This document shows positions 51,953 through 64,000 of a stretch of 64,000 nt of DNA, piece by piece. This stretch comes from the human T2T-CHM13v2.0 reference genome, Homo sapiens: NCBI RefSeq assembly GCF_009914755.1, contig NC_060937.1. One strand, written 5' to 3'. Position numbers and translations under genes: made by a program. The notes under the pieces were generated by a model. It saw only the letters and a list, made by a program, of their open reading frames with translations. It ran no database searches and was not told the DNA's origin. The number at the start of each line of letters is the position of its first letter. Within the stretch, counting starts at the first letter, position 1.

Positions 51953-54534
51953 TTTTTTTTTTTTTTTTAATTTTTTTTTTATTGATAATTCTTGGGTGTT
52001 TCTCACAGAGGGGGATTTGGCAGGGTCATGGGACAATAGTGGAGGGAAGGTCAGCAGATAAACAAGTGAACAAAGGTCTCTGGTTTTCCTAGGCAGAGGA
52101 CCCTGCGGCCTTCCGCAGTGTTTGTGTCCCTGATTACTTGAGATTAGGGAGTGGTGATGACTCTTAACGAGCATGCTGCCTTCAAGCATCTGTTTAACAA
52201 AGCACATCTTGCACCGCCCTTAATCCATTTAACCCTGAGTGGATACAGCACATGTTTCAGAGAGCACAGGGTTGGGGGTAAGGATCCCAAGGCAGAGGAA
52301 TTTTTCTTAGTGCAGAACAAAATGAAAAGTCTCCCATGTCTACTTCTTTCTACACAGACACGGCAACCATCCGATTTCTCAATCTTTTCCCCACCTTTCC
52401 CGCCTTTCTATTCCACAAAGCCGCCATTGTCATCCTGGCCCATTCTCAATGAGCTGTTGGGCACACCTCCCAGACGGGGTGGTGGCCAGGCAGAGGGGCT
52501 CCTCACCTCCCAGTAGGGGCGGCCGGGCAGAGGCGCCCCTCACCTCCCGGACGGGGCAGCTGGCCGGGCAGGGGGGCTGACCCCCCCCACCTCCCTCCCG
52601 GACGGGGCGGCTGGCCGGGCGGGGGGCTGACCCCCCCACCTCCCTCCCGGACGGGGCGGCTGGCCGGGCAGAGGGGCTCCTCACTTCCCAGTAGGGGCGG
52701 CCGGGCAGAGGCGCCCCTCACCTCCCGGACGGGGCGGCTGGCCGGGCGGGGGGGCTGACCCCCCCCACCTCCCTCCCGGACGGGGCGGCTGGCCGGGCGG
52801 GGGGCTGACCCCACCTCCCTCCCGGAAGGGGCGGCTGGCCGGGCAGAGGGGCTCCTCACTTCCCAGTAGGGGCGGCCGGGCAGAGGCGCCCCTCACCTCC
52901 CGGACGGGGCGGCTGGCCGGGCAGGGGGGCTGGCCCCCCCTACCTCCCTCCCGGACGGGGCGGCTGGCCGGGCGGGGGGCCGACCCCCCCACCTCCCTCC
53001 CGGACGGGGCGGCTGGCCGGGCAGAGGGGCTCCTCACTTCCCAGTAGGGGTGGCCGGGCAGAGGCGCCCCTCACCTCCCAGACAGGGCGGCTGGCCGGGC
53101 GGAGGGCTGACCCCCCCACCTCCCTCCCGGACAGGGCGGCTGGCCGGGCGGGGGGGCTGACCCCCCCACCTCCCTCCCGGAAGGGGCGGCTGGCCGGGCA
53201 GAGGGGCTCCTCACTTCCCAGTAGGGGCGGCCGGGCAGAGGCGCCCCTCACCTCCCAGACGGGGCGGCTGGCCGGGCGGAGGGCTGACCCCCCCACCTCC
53301 CTCCCGGACGGGGTGGCTGGCCGGGTGGGGGGGCTGACCCCCCCCATCTCCCTCCCGGACGGGGCGGCTGGCCGGGCCGAGGGGCTCCTCACTTCCCAGT
53401 AGGGGCAGCCGGGCAGAGGCGCCCCTCACCTCCCGGACGGGGCGGCTGGCCGGGCGGGGGGCTGACCCCCCCACCTCCCTCCCGCACGGCACGGCTGGCC
53501 GGACGGGGGGGCTGACCCCCCACCTCCCTCCCGGATGGGGCGGCTGGCCGGGCGGGGGGCTGACCCCCCCCACCTCCCTCCCGGACGGGGTGGCTGCCGG
53601 GCGGAGACGCTCCTCACTTCCCAGATGGGGTGGCTGCCGGGCGGAGAGGCTCCTCACTTCTCAGACGGGGCAGCTGCCGGGCGGAGGGGCTCCTCACTTC
53701 TCAGACGGGGTGGTTGCCAGGCAGAGGGTCTCCTCACTTCTCAGACGGGGCGGCCGGGCAGAGACGCTCCTCACCTCCCAGACGGGGTCTCGGCCGGGCT
53801 GAGGCGCTCCTCACATCCCAGATGGGGCGGCGGGGCAGAGGCGCTCCCCACATCTCAGACGATGGGCGGCCGGGCAGAGACGCTCCTCACTTCCTAGATG
53901 TGATGGCGGCTGGGAAGAGGCGCTCCTCACTTCCTAGATGGGATGGCGGCCGGGCGGAGACGCTCCTCACTTTCCAGACTGGGCAGCCAGGCAGAGGGGC
54001 TCCTCACATCCCAGATGATGGGCGGCCAGGCAGAGACACTCCTCACTTCCCAGACGGGGTGGCGGCCGGGCAGAGGCTGCAATCTCGGCACTTTGGGAGG
54101 CCAAGGCAGGCGGCTGGGAGGTGTAGGTTGTAGTGAGCCGAGATCACGCCACTGCACTCCAGCCTGGGCACCATTGAGCACTGAGTGAACGAGACTCCGT
54201 CTGCAATCCCGGCACCTCGGGAGGCCGAGGTTGGCGGATCACTCGCGGTTAGGGGCTGGAGACCGGCCCGGCCAACACAGCGAAACCCCGTCTCCACCAA
54301 AACCAGTCAGGCGTGGCGGCGCGTGCCTGCAATCGCAGGCATTTGGCAGACTGAGGCAGGAGAATCAGGCAGGGAGGTTGCAGTGAGCCGAGATGGCAGC
54401 AGTACAGTCCAGCTTCGGCTCCGCATGAGAGGGAGACCGTGGAGAGGGAGAGGGAGAGGGAGAGGGAGCGGGAGAGGGAGAGGGAGAGGGGTGGCTTTTA
54501 AAGCTTGTTATTTGTGGCCGAGTGTGATGGCTCC
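51953..54534 (-). mobile_element. Full-length SVA_F-type retrotransposon with 5' transduction
   Basis: Poly(T) from ~51953, SINE-R ~51981-52460 with F-type diagnostics ('ccctgattacttgag', 'gaggaatttttcttagtgcag'), GC-rich VNTR ~52460-54075, Alu-like region to ~54440, hexamers 54441-54490; TSD tagttaagactttt at 51939-51952 and 54535-54548. Confidence 0.95.
52460..54075. repeat. SVA VNTR (GC/CpG-rich ~35-50 bp units)
   Basis: Repeated 'cctccctcccggacggggcggctggccgggc' and 'gctcctcacttcccag' units. Confidence 0.95.
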
Positions 54535-55619
54535 TAGTTAAGACTTTTCTAAAGCATGAAAAGGTAACCATCAAGAAGTTATGAGCATAACCATGGTAAT
54601 CACATCAATGAAAAATATGCACACCCAGGGAGAATGTTCAGAGAGAGGACAGCCGTGAGCTACCTTTTGGAGAATCGCAATACTGAGAGAGGGAAAGAAG
54701 GGAAAGAAGAGAGTTGTTATTCTATTTTTAATGTGTGTTCCTTCAAGTATTTACACAGAAGTTTCTAGACTCAGTAGCTTTGGTTTGTTGGAAGAGATCT
54801 TTTTTCTATTTATTTCATTGAATATAGTAATGATTCATGAAAATAAATTATACACTTCTTAAAAATGATTAGCTTACTTCCAGTTGATAGAGAAATTTTT
54901 ATTTTGAGTACTGGAATCAGAACATTTGGAAACGTAAAAATGCCTTATGCGATACTTGGCTAGATTATCTAACTTTTATGGAAAGTCTAAAGGCCAAAAG
55001 ATGTAGAAAAATATGCAATGTATGCATAAGGGAGAAAAATTAATGATCCAAATCTTGGAACTATAAGATATGAAAAGCTTAAAGGGATGATGACTAGGTA
55101 GCTTGAGAGAATATTGCTGGCGGGCGACTTAATAACTTGTATTCTGTATAAGAATGGTCATTATATTTTTAAAAATGAATCCTTTTTGAAGCAAGAGCCA
55201 AGGAAGCTGAATTTAATTATGGCAAGATAGGTGTACATTTCACTGAATGAAACCATTTCAGCGTTCAGAATAGTTACTAGCAAAATGAGTCTCTAAAAGT
55301 CTTTTTTTTTTCTTTGAATATTTAACATAATACCGACTTTGGACAGGTAATATGTAATTCTACCTTTAAAAATAACAGAATGTTAAGGGAAATTAAAAAT
55401 TGGTACTTTAGAAAGGACTTCTATAAATTCAATTTAATGCTGAAGTTATCATGTAATTAACAGATCTGTTTCACCAACAACTGACCTACAAGCTGTGGCA
55501 ATTATAATAGTGAAATTAGTTATTAGTAAGCTAATAAGAACAGTTTAAGTGTAAATCTAAATGTATACATATACATATGAATTACAAAATATAATTCAAC
55601 AATATTTTTAGGGTAACAT

Positions 55620-56050
55620 TAGGCATACCCTTTTAATCTAACAATCTCATTCTTGGAAATTTTTTTATTAGAAATGAAATCACAGGAATGTAAAAAATAA
55701 GATATTTTAGCATGCGCAAAATGTTTATTGTAGTATGATTTACAGTTTCAAAAACTTGCAAAACAAAGGGAATGGTTGTCAATAAAATTTATGAAATGAT
55801 TTTATATACCAATCAATATACATTACTCAGTTAAAAATTATAAATTTAAAATTTACCAGAAACATTTGCAGAGGCAATTGTTGAGTGAGAAAATGTAAAA
55901 CGAATGCGGAAAGGTGGAGGTATGATTACATTTTAGTAAAAATAACACTCTGGTCATGCATATAAATATGTGCACATATACATTTGCAAATACTTACATG
56001 AGCACGGAGATTACAATAGAGGTTGTTGCTTGTCAACATGGGTTGATAGA
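55620..56050 (+). mobile_element. Old L1ME 3' fragment
   Basis: 'catacccttttaatctaacaatctcattcttggaaattt', 'aatgtttattgtagtatgatttaca', 'ttgttgagtgagaaaa'. Confidence 0.5.
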
Positions 56051-56124
56051 ATAAATAATGAGGAAGAAATGGGGAGTGAGAAGCCAGCCTCCTCCCCAGA
56101 AAAGACAAAACAACATTATGCTGA

Positions 56125-56434
<310 letters not shown>

Positions 56435-57504
56435 AAAGGGTTTGAGTACATTATGATGCTTTACATAAATTATATTTAAAAAATAAAATCTAAAATAATT
56501 TTAATGATGTATCACATACTTCAAACTTATACGTTGTTCATGTGATTATGACAAAGAACATCATTATGAATTATTGGTGGAAAGATGAATGCAAAAGTCA
56601 CGGAACGCTGATGAGAGAGGCAAAAGAAAAAAAAGCACCCTATTGTCATGGCGCACTAGTATTAATATTACCTAACAAACTCAGATATAAAATATTTTTT
56701 CTGCTTTTTACTTACTAAAATTAAATAAATGATAAATACAATTAAATAAAATATGATTGAAAGTGTTTGTTCTCTTGAGAAATTTAATATTAGTCATTTT
56801 GTGGCTAGTTGATGGGGTTTCCCAGCTCAGGGGTTAGATAAGAATCTAAGAAATTTGGAAAGCACCTGAAAAGTAGACAAAAACACGTTTAATGTTCAGT
56901 ACTGCAATATCACTGTGACCTAGCTTGCATCTGAAAACTGGGTTACTTTAGTAATAAGACACAATTAAAGCACCAGATTTGTTCCCTTTACAGCAGTCCA
57001 TTTTCTCTATGCATACCCCATCTTTGCCATATCCATCATTTATTCTTGACCTTATTATATTGCTTCTAGGGGGTCAGTCTCAGAATCTAATCTTCTTGGG
57101 GTATTGATACAGTTTCTAGTCTGTGGATTTTACCAAATAGCACTTCCCCCTACTTTAGTAAGGAGCTTAACCTGCCAAAAAAAAAACCAAAGACCCTGAA
57201 TGAAGCTGATTTCCAAGCAGTAAGAAAGTTCTTCCCTGAAGCAGGAAACACTCAAGCCCAGAATGTAAGGAGAAAAATCAAGAAAAAAAGAGCAAATTAA
57301 TATATGAAGAAATCTTGCCAAACATATTTTCCCTAATAATCAATTTTTAGTTTGTACTTCATCAAAATGGAAGTTCTTACTAGAAGAGTTTGAAGACATC
57401 TCTCAGTTAACTTGGGTCCCAGAATAATAAAGCTACACACACAGCATATAAGAGTGATAATACTGCTATTCTGTTTGCAAAACTTAATAGCTTAATATTT
57501 TATT

Positions 57505-58862
57505 TCTTGATAGCATATTTCCTTTTTTCACTGAATAATGTTTTATTGTGGGTATTTACCCGTAGTTTGATCTGCTGACCTGTTTAAAAACATCTTGGTT
57601 GCTTCCAGTTTTTTGTGATTTTGAATAAATCTAGTAAAGATTCTCTTGCAGGATTTTTGTGGGATAAGTTTTCAAATCACTTGAATAAACACCTAGAAGC
57701 ATGATTTCTAGATTTTATGGTAATACTATAGTTTTGTAAGAAACCACCAAACTATCTTAAAAAGTAACTAACTTTGTTCAGTACCATTAATGAATGAGCT
57801 TTCTTGTTGCTCTGAATCTGCTCCAGTTATTGGCATTGTCACTTATTGTTTGTTTGTTTGTTTTTGCTTAATTTTAGATATTCTAACAGCTATGTATAAG
57901 TATCTCATTGCTGTTTTAACTTACTATTCTCTAATGACAAATTATGTTGTGCATCTTTTCAAATGCTTATTTCCATCTGTATATCTTCTTTGGTGAGGTG
58001 TTTAGACCTTTTGCCAATTTTTAAATTGAATTATTTTAATATTATTGAGACGTATGTGTTCTTTTTATATTTCGGATAATGGTATAGTGTCAGATTCACA
58101 TTTTGCAAATATATATTTCATCTGTGGCTTGTCCTTAGATTCTCTTAATGGTGTCTTTTGCAGAGCAGATGTTTTTAATTTAATAAAAGTCAACTTGCCA
58201 TTTTTTCTTTTATGGATCATACCTCTCATGGTTAAAAATGTACTGTCAAACTCACAACCGCCTAGATTGTCTCCTATGCTTTTGTCTAGACGCTTTATTG
58301 TTTTATGTTTTATAACAAGTTTATGACTCCTTCTAAGCTAATTTTGTAAACTTGTGTAAAGATTGTTTCCTGATTCATTTAATCATATCCAGTAGTTCTA
58401 TCATCATTTGTTAAAAAGACAGATTGTCTAATTTGTCTTATTTTCAGATAGTATAGATTGGATTACTTCTACTCCTTTGTTACTGATCTGTTGACTAGAT
58501 GAGTATGCTTCTATTTCTGGACTATTGTGTTGACCTGCAGTTCTTGTTTCATCAACACCACACTCTCTAAATTATTGTACTTTTTAAGAAATTATTGAAA
58601 TTGGATAGTGTAAGTCCTTTAACGTTTTTCTTCTTTAGTATTATGTTGGCTAGTCTACCTCCTTAGTCATTCCATATAGATTTTAGAATCAGTGTGTCAA
58701 TATTGACAAAATAGCTTGTTGTGATCTTGCTGAATATCACATTAAATCTCTAAATCATATGTTATAAAAACTGATATCATTACCGAGGAACATGAGATAT
58801 ATTTCTCAATTTTCATATATTCTTTAATTTCTTTCATCCAAGTTTTGTAGGTTTCTGCACAA
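57505..58862 (-). mobile_element. L1MC/MD-like ORF2 3' region
   Basis: 'catcttggttgcttccagtttttt', 'ttccatctgtatatcttctttggtgaggtgt', 'tttagaatcagtgtgtcaatat'. Confidence 0.75.
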
Positions 58863-59149
58863 TGTTTTCAATTTAATATTTTCATTTGCTTTGTCACAGC
58901 AGTTAGGTTGAAATTTGAACTATATTCTTAAATGCCTTCCTTATAATTGTTTCATTTTTATTCACAGATAATAGTTTAAAACCTTCAACTTTCCAGTTTC
59001 TATTTATACTTCATGTGCTGCGTAATTATTACCTCATTCCCACATCTTAACGTCTCCTGTAAGAGGTTTATTCTATAACCTTTCATTGGAAACTCATACT
59101 TTCTTACCCATTGTGAGACCTTGGTTCAACTCTATCATTCCACTTGCTG

Positions 59150-60360
59150 TGGCTTCAATCTCTATTTCATATTTTTCATTTACCTTCAAACTGCACATAT
59201 TACTAAATTCTTTCAGTCTGAAGCAAAACTCACCTGTAACTTAAGTTAAATAAGTTGCCTTTTCTTAACTGTTACTAAGAAAAGAAGTTGCTATGGAAGC
59301 CTTCTTCACACTCAATTTCTTAACCCATGAAATCTGGACACACAATAGAAACTTTGCCACAGTCATTTGTGAGTTATTTCCCCCAAACAATGGATACTTT
59401 AGAGTAAACATGTCTCTTGGTCAGTCATGAAAACTCTCTTCTCTTGATTTAGAGACAGCTACTCTCTTCTGGATCATCTACCTCTGCTGCCACTACAGCT
59501 AATAGCCACTGATGGGTGGGTATTCTGCAACATACCTCTTTTAAATCTTTTCTTCCCCTAACAATATCCGACTTAATCAATGGCAATACTGCTCAAGGCC
59601 TGCAAGCCAGAAATGTGAGAAGCACCCCAGACTCTTTCTAATCCTCTCTTTCTCATAATACATAATTAGCTAAAAAATAAGATATTTCAAATTCATTTCC
59701 TAAGCCCCACTGTGATTACCTTAGTTCATGCTCTCATCATTTCTTGTAAGACTCATGTTAAAGCTTCTTAAGTGGTTTTCTTACTTCTAATTTATCCCCT
59801 TAATATATTCCACACATTGTCTACAAAGCATTCCTTCCAAAGTGCACATAAAATACATTTCTTCTCAGCTTGTTTTTCTTCAATGCTTCACCATTTCCTT
59901 GGACACAATTTTCAAACTTCTCCTTATGCCCTTTTCTGGAAGTTTCTCTTCTAGATCCCTCGCTTATTAGCTATGTGATCTTTGACAATTTATAAACTCA
60001 CATGTTATTAGGCTTATCATGGTAAAATTTGGTATCATTTCCTACATCAGAGTGTTTTTGGAAAAAAGTAAGATCTTAGCTTTTCTTTGGATATGTGGAA
60101 TTCTGTTGGGTTTTGTTTTTCTTTTCTCTTAATGACTGCTATTATAGATTAATTTCAAAATTCTAAACACAATAGAATACTTATGGTTTGTAACATATAT
60201 TCTATTTTTCTCTTCTCCTGTACTCAATGGTAGCTATTCTTTTGCACTTTTCCATGACTGATTCCTACTTATCCTTCAAATATTTATTTGGAACTATTCT
60301 CCTAATGCCTGTTGCAGAGATCTGCTTTATTCTCTGAGTACACTATTCATTCACCTATTT
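59150..60360 (+). mobile_element. Degraded L2 with a MIR inserted at ~59950-60070
   Basis: 'aactctcttctcttgatttagagaca', 'caagccagaaatgtgagaagcacccc', 'ccttagttcatgctctcatcatttct'; MIR core 'cttattagctatgtgatctttgacaa'. Confidence 0.55.
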
Positions 60361-60919
60361 AATATCTTTTTATTTTTTTCTTTTGTGTGTGTATTTATGT
60401 TTTATTTTTATTTTTGTATTTACAGTATATTGTGCTGGCACAACCATGTTTAGCTGTTAAACTCTGCATAAAACCCCAAGAGACAATGTTGATGTAGACA
60501 GCGATATGTTTGGCACTTCCCAGAATGGTCAGGAACTCTGCTTCTTTTTGAAACTTATAAAAACATTCTAGTTACCATAAGCATGGTAAACTAAAATTAG
60601 ACAATGATAAAGAAGAAGAAATAAAGAAGAAGGCAAGAGAAAAGTGAATCAAAAAGCTGAAGAGCTTGTTAATGAAATCGTTAATAAAAACAGATCACAA
60701 TAAAAAAAGAAAAGCAGGAATACTAATGTAATCTCTGGCATCTTTCTAAGACCTCTCCCCTCTATTTCTCTTCATCCTGAGATAGCCCTCTAATACTTTT
60801 AGAGCCTATCTCCAGTAATTTGTAAATAGATTATCAATACTGATGCACCTGTGATGTGCTTCTGTGACTACTTATCTCATCTCCAAGGCTACCAATGTAC
60901 ATCATAGACTAGGAGACTA

Positions 60920-61105
60920 AAATTATTTGAGCACCTACTATGTTGTAGAATGTATATAAAGAAATTTTTCAAAAGTTATTAATTCATCACAAATACCTCT
61001 GTAGTCAGTATTATATGTTTTGCAAGAAAGAAATAATTTCAATTAAATGTCTCATATAAGCAAGCTTTCTGAAAAGGACTTGAATGGAAGCCCATAGTCT
61101 TCCCA
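60920..61105 (-). mobile_element. Degraded MIR
   Basis: 'atttgagcacctactatgt', 'ttaattcatcacaaatacctctgtagtcagtattat'. Confidence 0.5.
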
Positions 61106-61559
61106 CATCAACACATTTCTAAACTCCTCTATACTCTTCAAACACCCACACATATATTCTTCCTCACAATTAGACACATGTATATCATTGTGCATCTATA
61201 CATGGCATATACAAACTAAAAATATGGAACTAACATTAGATGAACTTTTCTATCCTCTGAGTTCTGTGAAACCTCAAGGCTGAAGACAACAGATTGCTAA
61301 GTACCCACACATTTTTAAAGGGCACTACCAGCTACATTATCTTAATACTGTTTAAAATATTGTCAAACATGCCTGGAATGATTACCAATTATGCATGACC
61401 ACTTTTAACATACACATAAGAAATTAGAAATAGAAACTAATGTGAAAATGTTAGTAATATTAGTAATATCAAAAGTAAGTTCTTTGTATTTTCTTCCTTC
61501 CTTCCCCCAGAGCGAATGGGAGGAAAGCAAGTGTTGTGAAACACTCACTAAGGACTCTG

Positions 61560-62331
61560 TCTTTAGAAAGTACTTGATATTTGTTGACCTACCAAATTTC
61601 ACAGCCTTTCCCTCCTGCACTGAGTGTAGGTAGGAAGTCCTTGGAAGGCTCCCAAAGTTTACCTGGAAGTGTAGATGATCACAGTTGAAGGCTAAACCTT
61701 GCTTTCTTATTGGAGAAACTTAAATTTGAATTGTGGATGCAGCATCTGGAAATCAGAGGATGACTAGAGTTTAATCAAGGGACAAACATTACTTCACCTG
61801 CCTGTTCTAGGAAAGGGTGAAGCAATCTATACATCTCGTGGTCTGGTTCAGCTGTCTTGAAATATACAAGTCCAAGAGATTGTCTCTGAGGGCAAGAAGA
61901 CCCAGCTTAAGGGGCTGTGAGATGCATTGCAGGCAGGGAATTTCATTGGGGCACTGTCACAAGAGGCCCATGGAGTAGGGTGTAGCCCAATTAAGGTATT
62001 GTCCAGAGCTGAAGCTCCACGGGGATGTCTGAAAAAACTTTTACTTGCACCCTTCAGCAAAGTGAGCATTTGAGAGGTGTGACACAGAAGATACAGATCT
62101 CCCACCAGACTTTTGCATTTCCCTCTAATACCCCTTCCAATAACTCTATTGTGATGGAGATATGTGAAGGTAACTATGGAAGAACAGGTAAAAATAGACT
62201 GTATTTCCCTGTCCCTTTATGATGGAAATTCAAGAAGCTTGAGTCAGTCTTTGAGTCATGTATATAATTTCCAGTTTTTAACTGTTCCAATGTCTTTGGT
62301 TTATAATTCTGTTTGGTGCAAAGCTGATACA
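61560..62331. mobile_element. Probable old ERVL LTR-derived segment (LTR33/LTR16-like)
   Basis: GC-richer island ending 'ttctgtttggtgcaaagctgataca', resembling an old ERVL LTR end; weak recall only. Confidence 0.3.
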
Positions 62332-63286
62332 ACATAGGGTTCAAAGAAGTGTGTATGAGTCCACATAACAGTTTGCGGACTAAACATACAACCCAAATAC
62401 AATGACCACACAACCCCATTTAATGATGATATTATTATTACTAGCATAACTATGTATTATAGTGTTATTTTCCTTTTATGTTTCTGAATAAAAAATAAAC
62501 TAATAAAAGTAAAGTATTTTTAACCACAAGTGTCACATATAATTTTATATTTTGTTGCTCTTTACAATTCTAAAAAAATGGCTAATTTCTCTGCATTGTT
62601 AAATTATCTTCCATTCCTAAGAAGTTTCCATTCTTTATTTAATTTCTTATATTTCATTTAATATGTTTACAAATTAAACAGATAAATGAGTATAGTCTTA
62701 TGTGTGTGGTTATATTTTTCTAGTTAATTTCATTGGGAGACTATCTTATTTGCCTCAGAATCAATACATCTTTATGTCTTTGATATTATGTCTGACATAT
62801 TTTTCTTCAGTCTACACTTAAAAATTTTCCAGGAAATATATGATTTTTATTCACAAATATTTAAGTGATATTAAAATATGACTCAAATGATAATAAACGA
62901 ACAAGGTGAGAGCAAACATAAATTGCCGAGAGATTGACTTTTCACATGAAGAAGATTAAAGAAAGTATCAATTTATACCTCTAAGTAAAAGTTCACTTTA
63001 TCTTGACGTTATACTAACTATAGTAGTAGTTTATGATAACTACTAAATTTACTAGTATTTGAAAGTGTACTGTTTTATCTATATTAATATTGAATAAATC
63101 GTTATTCAACTTTAAATATTTAATTTCATTAAAAATTACTTAGCCATTAAAACGAGGATATTCACTACTAATGGAACAACATCTCTTTTGTATTGAAATG
63201 GAGAAAATCACCAAAATTAAAATAAGAAGAATATTATATTGATGGTGAAACCTCAATTTTCTCTAGACTAAATAATAAACTGATTA

Positions 63287-63720
63287 TTTTTAATTTGTTA
63301 TTTTTTATTACAGAAAGTTTCAAGCACACACAAAAGAAGGGAAATAACTAATTAATCATATGTAAGTACAACTCAGTTATAATAATTATGAATATTTTAC
63401 AATTTTTGTCTCAATTATTTCTCTTAAAACTTCTTTTCTGGAGTGTTTTAAAGTAAATGCCAAACCAATAATTTCATCATACAAATATTTATCTCTAATA
63501 CACAAATATGTTTTTTCTTCTATATTAACCTTTTTTCTTACATATTAATAAAAATATATGTTTTAACAATAACAACAACATACCTATCTTTCATATATAC
63601 TAATAATATTATCACATCTAACAAAATTAAGGATTAAAACCTAATCTCATTTAATATAGAACTGTGTTCAGTTTCCTTTTTTTTTTTTTTAGCAAAAATG
63701 ACTTCTTGTGTTGCAAAACT
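63287..63720 (-). mobile_element. L1MC4-like 3' end
   Basis: 'gtttcaagcacacacaaaag', 'ctggagtgttttaaagtaaat', 'attatcacatctaacaaaattaa'. Confidence 0.6.
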
Positions 63721-64000
63721 TACTTTGAATGTCTGTATTTTAATATGTACATAAATATCTTCATCATTCAACAGCAACATTATAGTTAAAATGCAATGAA
63801 GAGGACTGCATTAATATGCATGGTAATTATGACATGTTTCAAAATACATTCTTCATTTTCAAAGTAAGTTATACTCCTGACACATTTCAGATTATTGGAA
63901 AGTAGTGTAGTATAAAACTTCAATAGACATAATACTAAAAATATCTGGTTGCCTAAAAACATCAGGTAAGAACTTTTTATGGCATTATTACCATTACTAT

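Noticed and set aside
52151-54574. Many overlapping Pro/Gly/Arg-rich ORFs
   Set aside because: Artefacts of the stop-poor GC-rich SVA VNTR and Alu-like region.
63511-63550. 20-bp imperfect tandem duplication
   Set aside because: Low-complexity T/A-rich sequence; ordinary slippage.

Overview
Primate, almost certainly human, genomic DNA: AT-rich, gene-poor and dominated by transposon remnants. It carries an SVA_F-type element, a human-specific subfamily. No intact protein-coding gene, tRNA, rRNA or CRISPR array is supported, and every long ORF maps to an L1, LTR, Alu or SVA repeat. Main contents: a 5'-truncated, disabled L1PA3/4 (6.7-11.7 kb); two THE1 (MaLR) proviruses; solo LTRs (MLT2A2, MSTB, MST, MLT1, MER90-like); three 5'-inverted (twin-primed) L1s; a very degraded two-LTR ERVL provirus with protease, connection and RNase H remnants (38.4-42.1 kb); a full-length SVA_F with a 44-nt 5' transduction; Alus, including a tail-less inverted fusion; a Tigger/MER47; and old L1M, L2 and MIR fragments. 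The most interesting signals that ordinary repeat annotation does not explain are the SVA 5' transduction with a probable cap-derived G, a ~220-bp locally templated insertion inside an MLT1 LTR, two micro-mosaic templated insertions, and two well-formed minus-strand candidate exons downstream of DUX4-motif LTRs. I did not find convincing evidence of a new biological system. Subfamily names come from recalled consensus sequences and need RepeatMasker/Dfam confirmation.
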